The notes under the pieces: generated by a model | Seen by the model: the letters and a program-made list of their open reading frames with translations, nothing else | What the model was told of the DNA's origin: nothing | Database searches by the model: none | Shown: piece after piece, positions 41,701-55,122 of the stretch | How positions within the stretch are numbered: position 1 is the stretch's first letter | Layout of the letters: each line of letters starts with the position of its first letter | DNA from: the human T2T-CHM13v2.0 reference genome, Homo sapiens | NCBI RefSeq assembly: GCF_009914755.1 | Contig: NC_060947.1 | Length of the DNA stretch: 64,000 nucleotides | Direction: 5' to 3' (one strand) | Made by a program: the position numbers and the translations under genes

Positions 41701-42184
41701 CACGAAACACAGAGCCTGAAATACACACACCGTATCTTCTTACCTCTCCAGGGTTCTTACACCTCAGCAATAGCAGCAGCTCCAGGCAGTAGCGAGCCCC
41801 CATACTCCCCACGCAGAGCCCCTGTGCAGTGTGGGAACAGAGAAGGAGACAGGAGGCAGGGAGGGACACTGCTCAAAGTGCTAGAGGAGCCGGCCAGGCA
41901 GTCTCCCTGTCTGGAATGCACAACTAGAGGATCTCGGAGGGAGAGAGCCTTGGGTCACTGTGATCCTCTGAGTCAGACACCCTGGGGAGCTCTTAGTTCT
42001 GAAAGTCCTCCCCAGGCACAGAAGGCTGAAAGCCCCCAAGCACCCACTAGGAAGAAAAGTGTAAAAGTTAAAAAGTTAAAAAGTTGAGATAAATGAGGTA
42101 GACATATGGCAGTTTACAGTAGATGGTAGAAATGCAGTATGATTGCTGGAGGGAAAAAATCATTTGAAAAAAATGCTCACTCAC

Positions 42185-43095
42185 ATATCTGATGAGAGAT
42201 TTGTATCCAGAATCTGAAGAACTCTTACAATTCAATAATAAAAAGACAACCTAATTGAAAAATAAGAAAAAAAATCTGAATAAATATTTCTCTGAAGAAG
42301 ATATACAAATGGCTGATAAGCATATGAAAAGATGCTTGATATCATTAGCCATCAGGGAAATGCAAATCAAAATCACAGTGAGGCTCATGCCGGTAATCCC
42401 AGCATTTTGAGAGGCCAAGGTGGGCGGATCACTTGAGCTCAGGAGTTCGAGATCAACCTGAGCAACATGGCAAAACCTCGTCTGTACAAAAATTAAAATA
42501 AAATAAAAAACAGCCTGGTGTGGTGGTGCGTGCCCATAGTTCCAGCTACTTGGGAGGCTGAAGTGGGAGGATCACCTGAGCCCAGGGAGGTCGAGGCTGA
42601 AGTGAACTGTGATTGTGCCACTGCATTCCAACCTAAGTGACAGAGTGAGACTCTATCTCAAAAAAAAAAAAAAAAAAATTATCACATCACGCCCACTAGG
42701 ATAGCTTTAAAAAAAAAAAAAAAACTGTTGGTAAGGATGTGGAACCCTTACATAGTGCTGGTGAGAATGTGTCTCCAAATGTTAAACATACATTTGCCAT
42801 TATACTCAGCAATTCAACTTTTAGGTATATACCCAAGAAATATGGACATGAAAAACATGTAAGTCTGCACAAAAACTTGCATATGAATGTTCCTAACAGC
42901 ATTATTCTTAATAGTCAAACAGTCAAAACAACCCAAATAATCCATCAACAGATGAAGGAATAAACAAAATGTGTCATATCCCTACAATAGAATATTATTC
43001 AGCCACAAAAAGGGATGAAGTACTGATAAATACTACAACATGGATGAACCCTGGGGACATTATACTGAGTGAAAAATGCCAGACACAAAAGACCA
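42185..43095 (+). mobile_element. L1MB-like ORF2-end/3'UTR fragment
   Basis: AAGAAGATATACAAATGGCTGATAAGCATATGAAAAGATGC...GGGAAATGCAAATCAAAA; interrupted by an AluJ. Confidence 0.85.
42382..42678 (+). mobile_element. AluJ-like, inserted in L1M
   Basis: GGATCACCTGAGCCCAGGGAGGTCGAGGCTG right arm typical of AluJ; A tail. Confidence 0.88.
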
Positions 43096-44879
43096 AATGA
43101 AATACTGGCTCTTATTCCCTTGCAACAATCATTCCCCAATTACACCAGGCTCTTCCGAGGTCACCATTACTCCTGCAAATTTACCTATGTGTTTTGGCAG
43201 AAGCTACAGTGAGAGGAGGCTTCCATCTCAGTGTGGAGCTACAACCACTGGTCCCCAGCACATTCAGACCCTTCTTCTCAGCTTTGCTTCTAGGCCACTG
43301 ACAAAAATTCTGTTCTGGCTTCATGGTTCAGCCCCACTCCTCCCCAACTCCTTCATTTCTGAGTAGTGGCTCCCTTCTCTCCATGTCTATGGTTCCTATC
43401 TGTGAGAGTTTTTTTGGAACTTACAGTTGCTCTTGTATATCAGGTAGTTGGCATCTCCAAAGAGATTAAATGCAACTTAAGCACAATGGACTCTCACAGT
43501 TCAGTGGGTTTTTCATAGCTGAAATTCAGTAATTAATTGTGACCCTCTGCCTTTTTCGCAGGGAAAGGATATACTTTTTTGAGCACTTAAACAAAAAAAT
43601 TAGGGTATTGCCTCCAGGGGCCATTGTGCATTTTCACTATCATAAGTAAAAATGAAATTAGAAGGCGATGCCAATGAAGGAAGCAGTCCAATGAAGAGAC
43701 TGCCACTATGGTCATTGGGTTAAAGAAAAGGTCGACATTCTTATGTAATTTTATCATCCACTAAGAGAAATACATTACAGTTACTGACATTTTAATTATT
43801 AATTTTAATTCTTCTTTTTTTGCTTGTTTGTTTCCATATCCTTCATCTTTCCAAACTATTCCTGGGTACAATGGACCAATGCCCTTGAACATTATTTTCT
43901 TAACAATAACTAGTTCTATCCTGTGTCATGCTCAAGGTTTAGTTCGATCAGTGCATTCTGCTAACAGGACAGAAGTCTCAAAAGAAAGATTTGCTAGTGG
44001 CCCCAGTTAGCTACAACACATGGTTTCTGGAGTCACATTTTTGGCCAATATGTAACTTTTGCCTATTCTGGGTTTGTCTTAAAAATCTCAACCTTTAAAC
44101 CCTTGAAAGTATCCATTTTTAAAGGTTGATGCCATTGCCTTCTGAAAAATGTCGATCAAAGTGTGGAGGAGAAGGCTTCCTGTCTAAGGATAACAAAGCT
44201 GCAAATGAACGTTCCCCAAAGCGCCGGCTGTGTTCATTTTGTACTGAAATGTCCATACAGGCTGATTCTGAAACACACTCGAGTGTTGTGGGTAATAGAT
44301 GTCAAAAAATAAAACTCAGGCACACGCTATGTTACTTTTTAAGGGAAAAAAGTGGGGGGAAATCAAAGGGTTTAACAATTTTATTCATTGGCTTACATTC
44401 AGCGACTCTGAAAATTTGGCCACTACTCAGGTTTGCAAATTTCTATGGAAAATGAACTGTGTTTGGCAAGCTCAACGAAATATGAGGCTGATAAAAAAAA
44501 AATGTTTCATGCTTTCTCAAGACCTTATGCCACTAACTGTGTGGGATTGGAAAAACTGTTTAAATGTCAATTTAAATACTGTAAATAAATGATTTTCTAT
44601 ATCCATATGAATTAATATAATTCTGTTGATTTCAGGCCATAACTTGAACTAAAGTTTCTTTGAATTTTGATGAGGAAATGTTTCAGACACACACAACACA
44701 AACTTCAGATTAAGTAGTTTAGTTCAGTAGAGTTGTTTCAGAGTCAGAAATGTTAATGCAATACTTTATTTTACACTATGGAGAACTGACTGAAAATTTG
44801 ATTGACACTAAGGTTTTTACAAAGCAGGTCTTGAACTAAAAAGAATTAGACCAAAAAAGACAAAAATATTATCGTAACA

Positions 44880-46290
44880 GCCCAAGCCATTATACAAAAA
44901 AACATGGTGGTAAATCCCATTGCAAAGTTCAGGACTCTCAAATACTATCTCCAAACCAATCATCTTTGTGTTTATGGAGCTGACTATCCAGCTGCCTTCT
45001 TGACCCTTCTACCTGGTGTCTCAGGGTCATCTCAAACTTCCCTTATCCACTAATGAACTCTTGACTTTCTCTTCTGGCAAATGTTTTGGTATCCTAGCCT
45101 CCCACATCTTTAGAGGTGTTTACAAAGCATTTATCACAATGCCTGCCTGGTATGCAGCACTCGCTTAATCAGTGTTGTTGTGGATGATGATGATGATTAT
45201 TATTATTATTAAATAATGATTATTTTTATCCACCCAGTTAGTTGAGCCAGGAACTAAGTCATTTTCTTTATTCTCCTCTTCACTGCATGTTCTACTTTTA
45301 ATCTATTACCAACTTCTGTCAACTCTGCATCCAAAATAAATCAGGAATCTGACCCCTCCTCTCCATCTTTACTTTCATCACTCCAATTCCAGCCCCCATC
45401 ACATTTCTCCCAAACAAATTTAGCAGCCTTCCAGACAACCTAGCCATCTGCTCTTGTCCTTACTCAATTTGTTCATGGGGGAAATAACAGTAATCTTCTT
45501 AAAGACAATTCTTCATTTTGAGACATACATAGAGCATATCACATATTTATTAAATCTGCTAAACAACCTTAAGAGGTAGGTACTGTTATTACTTCCATTT
45601 TACAATGAGGAAGTGAGTGAAGAGAGGTTAGAACATGCTCAACTTTACTCTGCCTATAAGAGGCAAAGCCAGAATTCCTGCCTGGGCAGTCTGGCTCGAG
45701 TTATGTGTTCAACTGCTACACAAAGTACCACACCATATCCAACCTTAAAAAAATAACAACAAACAAGCAAGCAAAGATCATCAACGGGCTTCCATTGCAC
45801 TTAGAATAAAATCCATCCACATAGAACTTGCCTATGTCAAAGGGTCTGGACCAACTTCCTTAGCCTCACCTTTCATGCCTCCTCTCTTTCCTCCTGTTCT
45901 TCAAACACTCATGGACAAGGCAAGCTGGGTCCTGATTAGGGGTTTCTGTCTATGCTGTTTCCTTTGCTTGAACTGCTTTCCTAAGGCGTCAGTCACAGGG
46001 CTGGCTCCTCCTTTTTCTGGTCTCTGCTTAAATATCATCTGCTCAAAAAGCCTTCCTTGACTTCCCCAATCTGATATTAATGTTTCCTGGCTTCTTGATC
46101 TCAACACACTGTTGATTTTCTTCTTAGCACTTATCTCAACCTATAATTGATTTTACTTGTTTGTGCATTTGTCTATTGGCTGTCTCTCTTACTGGGCTGG
46201 AGGCTTCACAATTAGAAAGATTGTTTATCACTGTATTTTTATAATCTAGCATCATGCTAAGATGCTAGGTTTAGGTGCTAAGAATTTTGA
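44880..46290. mobile_element. L2 fragments with an embedded MIR (~45540-45720)
   Basis: GGCTTCCATTGCACTTAGAATAAAATCC and similar L2 3' text; TTATTACTTCCATTTTACAATGAGGAA MIR core. Confidence 0.6.
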
Positions 46291-47066
46291 TAAATGATTG
46301 AAGGAAGACAAGTACGCTTTGATGATATGAAGCATCCCCACACAGACCTTAGATTCTCCAAGTGTGGGCAAAAGATCAAATACAGAATCACCTGGGGTTA
46401 CTTTTTGTTAAAAGTGAGTTCCAGGAGCTCTGAGCTATTTTAAGCACTTACTTTTGAGGTTCATCTCCTTGTATTATCAAGAATTTTTACAATTTTGATT
46501 TTGACATGATTTGGCAATAAGTAATTCATCGGATTCTCGTTTGGCTGTGATTTTTTAAGTAATTATTGTGCGTGTTCAGGAATACTTGTTAAGAGAACAA
46601 AATGTACATTACGAATTGTTTTTACATGTGATGAGATTGTTAAAAATACTAGTTGACAATGAAATTGGCACTTGCTATGTTTTTAGATATATAGGTGAGT
46701 ATTTACATCATTACTTTGGGAGTCAATAATTTCCTTTTCAGCTTGCAGAAATTTATATGAGCTCCTGAACAGCTTGTGGATCCTCTGCCCTGTAATCAGA
46801 TAATGGTGTGGGATGGATGAAATGGACCAGCTGGAGTCCAGTCCCAAATTGATCATAACAGAACTTCTGATGTCAAGGAATCTGCATTTTAAGAAACTTT
46901 CCAAGAAACTCTTATGCAAAATAAAAATTGAAAGCTGTTTTTCTCATAGCTAGATTTATGTATGTTATTTTAGAAAAATTTGCAATAGATATCCAGTGTT
47001 CACTCTTTAAATTTGTGGTTGATTTCTGAGAAATTCAAGATAATGTCCCACAAAAAGGGAAAACAT

Positions 47067-47445
47067 TTTGCTAAGGATAATGGCCTCCACCTCCATCCAT
47101 GTCCCTGCAAAAGATATGATCTCATTCTTTTTTATGGCTGCATGCTATTCCATGGTATATATCCTTAGCAAACTAACACAGGAACAGAAAACTAAATACT
47201 GCATGTTCTCACTTATAAGTGGGAGCTAAATGATGAGAACACATGGACACATGGAGGGGAACAACACACACTGGGGACCTCTCAGAAGGTAGAGGGTGGG
47301 AGGAGGGAGAGGAACAGGAAAAATAACTAATGGGTACTAGGATTAATACCCGGGTGAGGAAATAATCTGTACAACAAAACCCCATGATACAAGTTTATCC
47401 ATGTAACAAACCTGCACATGTACCCTTGAACTTAAAAGCTAAAAA
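47067..47445 (+). mobile_element. L1PA/L1PB 3' fragment with 5' inversion
   Basis: 47067-47160 is antisense L1, 47161-47445 is sense L1 3' end; TSD AAAAAG(G/A)GAAAACAT at 47052 and 47442. Confidence 0.85.
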
Positions 47446-47681
47446 AGAGAAAACATAAAAATATTGATAAGATCACCAAGTGTCCATAAATGCAAATTAT
47501 CAATAATCGTTCTGGTGAAATAAATCATCTCTGAAAAATATCTTTTGTTAGCCTGCATATACAGATTGAGAGAAAGGGACAGGCATTTCTCACCCTGGAG
47601 GGGCAGGATGAACCATTTGCCCAGATGGAAAAACAAAAGCAAGGTAAGTTCCTTAGCCCATAGCTTCGCTATGTTTTAGAC

Positions 47682-48011
47682 TAGCTGACCCCAGCCATTT
47701 TTGGCACCAGGGACCGGTTTTGTGGAAGACAACTTTTCCACAGACAGTGCGGCGGGGATGGTTTCAGCATGAAACTGTTCCACTTCAGATAATCAGGCAT
47801 TAGTTAGATTCTCATAAGGAGCTTGCAACCAAGATCCCTCACCTGCGCAGTTCACAATAGAGTTAGCGCTCTTATGAGACTCTAATGAATGCCACCACTG
47901 ATCTGACGGGCGGCGGAGCACAGGCAGTAATGCTCACTCCTGCTGTGCAGTCCCATTCTTAATAGGCCATGGACTGGTACTGGTCTGCGGCCCGGGGGTC
48001 GGGAACCCCTG
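47682..48011 (-). mobile_element. MER1B (hAT-Charlie)
   Basis: TTTTGGCACCAGGGACCGGTTTTGTGGAAGACAA...GGGAACCCCTG; 8-bp TSD TTTTAGAC / TTTTAGAT. Confidence 0.9.
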
Positions 48012-48924
48012 TTTTAGATGATAAGTGGATGTTAAGAAAATTAATAATTGACGGCAGGAAGAGGCTTCCTGGCTTGCTCAAAAGACGAAGGCTGTTTTTT
48101 CTCTTTTAGGGAAAGATACCCAAATTCCAGAATTTGAAAGAGCTTAAGTTAAAAACAAAAACAAAACAACCAGCCATGTTTTTGACGTCAATTAACAAAT
48201 GTGAGAATAAGCTTTGTGGATGCCACACTCTTTTGAGTGTCTATCACCTCTCTGAATGTAACATAATGTTGGAATTCACCATGGCTCTGTTCTTGAATCT
48301 CCTTTATTTTTCATCTGCAATTCCTCTTTGGTGATTTTAACCAACCTTGTATCTTTAAATGACATCTATGCACTGATAGTTACCTAGTTTATATCTCCAA
48401 CTAGGACATTTTTTTCTTGAATTCCCTGAGTTCTTCAACTTCTTCTCAATATTCTTCTCTATAGTGTTCCCCATCTAAGTCAATAGCAACTCAATTTTTC
48501 CAGTAGATCAGGCCAAAACTTCCACTCTCTATCACCAATGGGTCCATTTCACAATCCATAGTCAATCTGTCAGTAAATCTTGTTGGCTGTACCTTCAAAA
48601 TATGTCAGAATCTGACCTCTTCTCATAATTTCAATGGTTCCATCTTGGTCCAAGCTATCATCATCTCTCACTTGGATTGCTGAATGACTCAGTAAAGACA
48701 TAGGTTCTGCAAAGCCCTTCTTTAAAGTAGTCATCTCTCCTGGTTGAAGGTAATTTCTCTTGGGAAAATCCAGATTGTCAATAAGCCACTTCCAGTCATA
48801 TCCTTTTCTAGAAAGATATTAATGCAGATAACCCAGAAAAAAATACAGGTGAAGAAACACTTCCCCAAATCCCACAGAAAGGTTTGGAGAGTATGTTTAT
48901 TCTTTAGCAGTTCACAGGATTTTT

Positions 48925-49415
48925 AAAAAATTAACAAATAAAAATTGTACATATTTATTGTGTACAAGATGATGTCCTGACATACATATACAATTGTGAA
49001 ATGTCTTCATTAAGCCAATTAACATATGCATTACCTACATAGCTGTCACTTTTTGTGGTGAGAATACTTAAAATCTACTCTGTTAGTGATTTTCAAAATA
49101 AAATACATTGCTGTTAATTATAGTAACCATGTTGTACAATAGATCTCTTGAATTTATTCCTTTTGTCTAAGTAAAATATTGCATCCTTTGACCAACATCT
49201 CTCCAACCCTCAGCCCCACCCCCAGGTTCTGGAAAGCACCATTTTAGTCTCTGCATCTATGAGTTCAACTTTTTTAGATTCCACATGTAAGTGAGAAAGT
49301 GCAGCATTTGTCTTTGCTTTCTGTGCCTGGCTTATTTCATTGAACACAGTGTCCTCCAGATTCATCCATGTTGTTGCAAATAACAGGAATTTCTTCTTTT
49401 TTAGGGCTGAATAGT
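48925..49415 (-). mobile_element. L1MA 3' fragment
   Basis: CCATGTTGTACAATAGATCTCTTGAATTTATTCC; TTAGATTCCACATGTAAGTGAG. Confidence 0.85.
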
Positions 49416-49707
49416 AATGATGCCTGAATTCCCCTCTCTTGCTAATAACAAAATAGTACTATTATATGACGGGTATTTATTGTTCTGGTTGACAGTGTAT
49501 AGCATGGACATGCCACATGCATTTTGGGGCTCAGTGAGCTGATCTTGGTAATACTGTTCCCCACCCACGATTGATCTCAGAACCCAGGCCTAAAGCCTTT
49601 TGTACTATAGGCACCAGCATGTGAGGGAAATGTGGCTGGAAGCCTTTGGAAATGTTTCCTAGAATGTAAGTGAGTTATAGGCAGAGGAAACCTTTCTTCT
49701 TCTATGC

Positions 49708-49908
49708 CAGAGTTACTCAGCACTATTGACATTTTGGGTTGGATCATTCTCTCTGGTGGGGCTGTCCTGCACACCGAAGATGTTTAGAAGCATCCCTGGC
49801 TTTTACTCACTTGATGCCAGTAGCACCTCTCCACTTGTGACAACCAAAAATGTTTCCCGACTTTGCCAGATGTCTCCTGGGGTGGTCACCCACAGTTGAG
49901 AAACACTA
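49708..49908 (-). mobile_element. MER20
   Basis: CACTATTGACATTTTGGGTTGGATCATTC...GTGACAACCAAAAATG. Confidence 0.88.
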
Positions 49909-51109
49909 GCTTAGACATCGTCATATTTATCCCCAAACTGCCACAGGTTCTGTTGCTATCAGCCTAGAGGTGACACTTAGAGGGACATAAAATGAAGAGC
50001 ACTGCAGGAAAAAGGTCAAGTCACTGGATGAAACCCTACATACTTATGGATTTTGGTGACATGAGCCTCTAAAATTCCTAATTATTTAAGGTGGTTTAAA
50101 TGGATTTTGCTTTTATTATAAGCCAAGGGCATCAAAGTGATCCAAGGTCCAGAATCACAGGCCACTGTACATTGCTTTCTTCCAGGGCATCATACTGCTT
50201 GGAGAAATGACACCGGCCCCACCTTAGAGCAGGATTCCATAGTACAGCTTTACATGAAGGATGGCAAGTAGAATGGCTCATTTTTCCATTTCATAATTAT
50301 TGCTTATACACTGTTGTTATGGAATTATAGAATTTTAGAGCAGGAAGGAATTTTAGGGATGGAGAATTAAGCTAAAACCAATGTCTATGTTTATCTTCAA
50401 AGGAAGGCCTTCAAAAGAGGATCAAGCCCGGTGCCTCCAAATATTAGGGAAAGTGCCATTATCCACTTCAAAACACATCCTGAGCATGACAAGTCATGTT
50501 ACATCTTGTGTTAAAAGCAAAAGGAAATATTTTCTTATAGCCACATACCCTTAAATATTCCCTTCTCCATAAATGGAAATTCTATTTGGCTTTAACGTCT
50601 ACATCAATTATCTATTTACAGCAGACTTCCTGTCATTTCCAAAAGCAGAGTTGTCATTTAATTCTACTATCCAGCAATATTGCTTTTAATGTGAAAAATG
50701 ATGAATAGATACAGCTGGCATAATTGCTGGACTTTAAGTTCATAGCATAGTGGGGAAAGGAAGAAGATAAAAAATACAATCAATTTATTTTACTGTTTTA
50801 TATATATACATATAAATCTGCATTATCTTTGCTTATAACAGCAATTTGAGCTTACAACTAATGTAATCATAAATATAAAAATAAGCAAAATGAGTAAAAT
50901 TAAAATCATCCATAATCCAACAATCATTGATTATGTCTTAATGAATATTATCCCCTATATTTTTTGCATATTGAAATTTTCTTCTCAAAAAGTATCATAT
51001 TATTTTGCAATCTACTATATTTAAAACATCCCCTTTTATCAGATATTTAGCTGTTACTTATTCATCCCCATTGTAAACAGTGCTGCATATGAATAGTTGG
51101 CTGAAATTA

Positions 51110-51188
51110 TTAGGTTGGTACAAAAGTAATTACGGTTTTTGCCATTACTTTCCATGGCAAAACCGCAATTACTTCTGCACCAATCTAA
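51110..51188. mobile_element. MADE1 (Hsmar1-derived MITE)
   Basis: 79-bp palindrome TTAGGTTGGTACAAAAGTAATT...AATTACTTCTGCACCAATCTAA preceded by TA; Hsmar1 TIR sequence. Confidence 0.93.
51113..51185 (-). ncRNA. MIR548AX: miR-548 family hairpin (MIR548AX); mature arm ~51155-51176
   Basis: Reverse complement GATTGGTGCAGAAGTAATTGCGGTTTTGCCATGGAAAGTAATGGCAAAAACCGTAATTACTTTTGTACCAACC is a near-perfect hairpin; AGAAGTAATTGCGGTTTTGCCA matches miR-548ax as recalled; same strand as ARHGAP6. Confidence 0.8.
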
Positions 51189-51627
51189 ATAAATTATATA
51201 TGCTTAGAAAGAAAAATGGAAGGATAAAACACAAATGAAGAAATTCTGAAAAATGGACCAATATGTAGGATATTGTTGGCTTCAAAATCCTGTGAGGATT
51301 CAACTGTTGATCCAGTCCCCAAAGCAATCAGATCTACCAATGGATAAGAACCAGGGCAGACAGCAGCTGCCAAGAAGACAGAGGGGAGGGAAGAGCAAAC
51401 CAGTTTTGCAGTGAAGGAAACCACCCAGGTGGCAGACTTGATGGAACAAACACTTTAAGTGAACCTAATGGAAAATGGTTCAACAAATGGACCACCAGTA
51501 GATTTTCTCAGTTTATAAATGATAGACCCATTGCCTAGAGAAAAGAACAGCTTTTATTCAATCATATAATAAGTAAAAGGAAATAATTTGCTCCTCTAAA
51601 AAAGTCCTGTGATGGTAACTCCACATT

Positions 51628-51815
51628 TCTATATCTATATCTATATCTATATCTATGTCTATCTATATATCTCTCTCTCAAAATATCTGTATTTATATCT
51701 GTATTTGTATTCATATTTGTATTTATACCCATACCTATACTTGTACTTACATATGTATGTGTCATTGTACCCACATATCTTGCCAGCCATCCAACCATCC
51801 ATCCATCTACATAGA
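51628..51815. repeat. (TATATC)n / (TATTTG)n / (ATCC)n low-complexity tract
   Basis: Directly visible; source of the YIYIY/HIRYRY ORFs. Confidence 0.9.
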
Positions 51816-51816
51816 A

Positions 51817-51999
51817 GTGCTTCTTAAACTGGAGTATGCATCAGAATCCTCTGGAGGGCTTGTTAAAACACAGATTACTGGGCCCCATCCCCAGAGTTTC
51901 TGATTCAGTAGGTCTTCAACAGGGCCTGAGAATTTGCATTTCTAATGTTTCAGGGTGATGCAGCTGCTGATGGTTCCGGGATTACACTTTGAGAACTGC
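51817..51999 (+). mobile_element. MER5A
   Basis: GCATCAGAATCCTCTGGAGGGCTTGTTAAAACACAGATTACTGGGCCCC...TTTGAGAACTGCTG. Confidence 0.88.
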
Positions 52000-53262
52000 T
52001 GCTTACACCTGTACCCCTCTCATTCTCTCTTTCTATCTCATTACCAAACTCTAATTTAATGAACATACAGTTACCCGCACATATTTTGATTCATTATCAA
52101 TTGTCAATATACATCACAGTGTTAAATACTACACAAAATAGATATTATGCTGATTTCAAATTTCTCTCCCCTTAATTTAATAATAAAATTATAAGATACA
52201 AAAATTATTACCATGTATATTTTTCCTCCCAGGAGAATACTTAAATCGTGGTACATTTCTTGCTTTTACTTGGTTTTCACTGCCTTTGGCTTCTAACTTG
52301 ATGTATTTACATCTTAATGGTTCAGATTTATTTTCCAAACAGTGAGATGAAACAGGGACAACTCAAAGGCAGCTTCATTTTGAAATTGGCCAGGCTTTTG
52401 TAAACAAACCCTTGACAGAGCAATTTCTAATTCTCTAAACAGCTGGGGGGGAAAATATCACACAGAAAAGCAGATGTTATTCGCGTAACTTCTTTTTTTC
52501 AGGTCTACAATCATCATCTACAGCACCGGATCCACCATATCACTTCAAGTAAATTTTGACTTTGCTAGGTTTCAACCACATTACTCACATTGGAGATGTG
52601 AGTCAAAGAATAAAGCTTCTCAGAGACAGCTCTGTGGATGCCTCTTCATGTTAGGTTGACAGCTTTTGATTTAAGCGTTCTGTTAGCTCATGACTGCAGC
52701 ATGCAATAGGAACACAGTTCCTCAGATGCCAACCCTAACCTAAATAAAAGCTAGACCGGCATCTCCTCAGGGTCAAGTTAAAGAATATGGGCTGTGCTGT
52801 CTCAGACCTCAGCGGCTACCAATTAGTGGGAGACAAGACATGTATAAAAGGAAATTTAATTGGTAATTTTAATGGATAAACAACTGCAGGGTTGAGAGAA
52901 AGAGGTCACTTGTGCTGGTGGAGTTGGGGAAAGTTTCATATTCCATGCATTCAGATCTTGAGAAACAAAGGTTATATCTCCAGAAAGCAAAAGGCGGACA
53001 TTGAAAAGGGAAGCAAATCTTTACAGATGAAGTCACAGCAAAGACAATCTGGAGCCAGGAATTAACGTGTGACAAGAGAGGGAATAATCCCAGGGATGAT
53101 GAATTTTACTACTGAAATGATTATAAATTACAGCCACCTACAACCTATTGTGAATGGCTTTTATGGTATCAGAACAGAATAGTTAAAGGAATAGGAAAAA
53201 ATCTTGTGCCCTAATGAAGAAAAGGGAGATGTGTGTTTTGCTCAATTCAAAGAAAATATCTC

Positions 53263-53265
<3 letters not shown>

Positions 53266-53316
<51 letters not shown>

Positions 53317-53422
53317 TATAATATACACACACACACATATATAAACGCAAACACATATATGTGTATATATATACACATACACCTACATATACACACATGC
53401 ATACACACATGCATACACACAC
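53266..53422. repeat. (CA)~23 microsatellite followed by a degenerate CA/TA tract
   Basis: Perfect AC run 53266-53312. Confidence 0.97.
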
Positions 53423-54649
53423 TCAGACCTTATGGAATAATTCTAATTATATATAAGGTCTCCTTGTTCCCATTAAACATCCAAAATGCCCCTAGTTGCA
53501 AATACTTCAGCAAATAGTCCCTGAATAAAAGATATAGTCAGCCAACATTGAAATAAAGCTGTTACTACAAAGAAAAATATTTTGCAAAAGAGACAGCTCA
53601 TAGACTGCTACAATACAAAAGTCTGCATTTTAAGAGCCATAACTGTATATGGATGTAAGCGGTGTTTTTAATGTTAAATACATGTTCAATATTTATTACT
53701 TTTTGTAAATTGTGCCATGAAGGAAATTTACTGGAAGCAACAAAATAGAAGAAATGGTAACAATTTCTAAGTGTTTTCTAATGTAACAATTTGGCCTGTA
53801 GTTCTAATTTATTTAAAAATTTGTTCAATTGGGCACAAATTTAGTTGCACAGTGGTATTTTGATGTAAAAGTTAGTATAAAAAGCAGGAAAAGTGAACAT
53901 TTTTCAAAATAAGTACCTTTTCTAAAAATAGTAATATTTTGAATATAAAAATAGTGCAATAAATGCTACTCACAAGTAACTTCTCAATAAAATGAATGAT
54001 TGAATAAAATAATACATCTAAATTTGCTGGCTCTCAGATCTGAGCTCCCAGAACTTCAACAGCCACACACATATACGCACACATTTTCAAATTCAATGTT
54101 ATCCTATTAAAAATAAGCCTGTGTTAAAAGAAGTTGTAACTGTCCATCACACCAAAAATGCATAGTTTGGCCACAGCCATTATAGCAATTTTCATATTAT
54201 TCAAAAAGAAAAGATTCTAAAGAGTACAAATAAAGCACAAAGCAGATGTTCAAAACAAGTCTGCATCAAAAATTCAAAAACATTTGCCACAGGAATGGCG
54301 CACTTTCATCATTAATATACACCTACTATGTACCCACAAACATTAAAAATTAAAACAAATTAAAAATAAAAAAGAAACGGATCATAAATATTACAGCTGC
54401 CAGTTTCCTGGTGAGAAATCTTTGTGAAGAAATTGCAGTTAAAGTGGCGCTCTGGAAAATAAGATAAAATGACAATTAAGAGATTATCTTTTCTTTCTGC
54501 TGTGACGTGACATATGTGAGTAAGACTGTTGGCATACCCACAGATACAGTGATGCAAGTTAACATTTGCAAAATGTCCCAAATCTGAAGAACATCTCAAG
54601 AAAATCACTGGAGAATAAAGAAAACATTTTATTGATCATCTCTACAGTA

Positions 54650-55122
<473 letters not shown>

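Noticed and set aside
44126-44592. Overlapping 109-aa and 97-aa ORFs in non-repeat DNA
   Set aside because: No recognisable domain or convincing splice/start context; lengths are within chance. It could be a conserved non-coding element, but I cannot show that.
51562-53517. Tyr/Ile- and His/Thr-repeat ORFs
   Set aside because: Translations of microsatellites.
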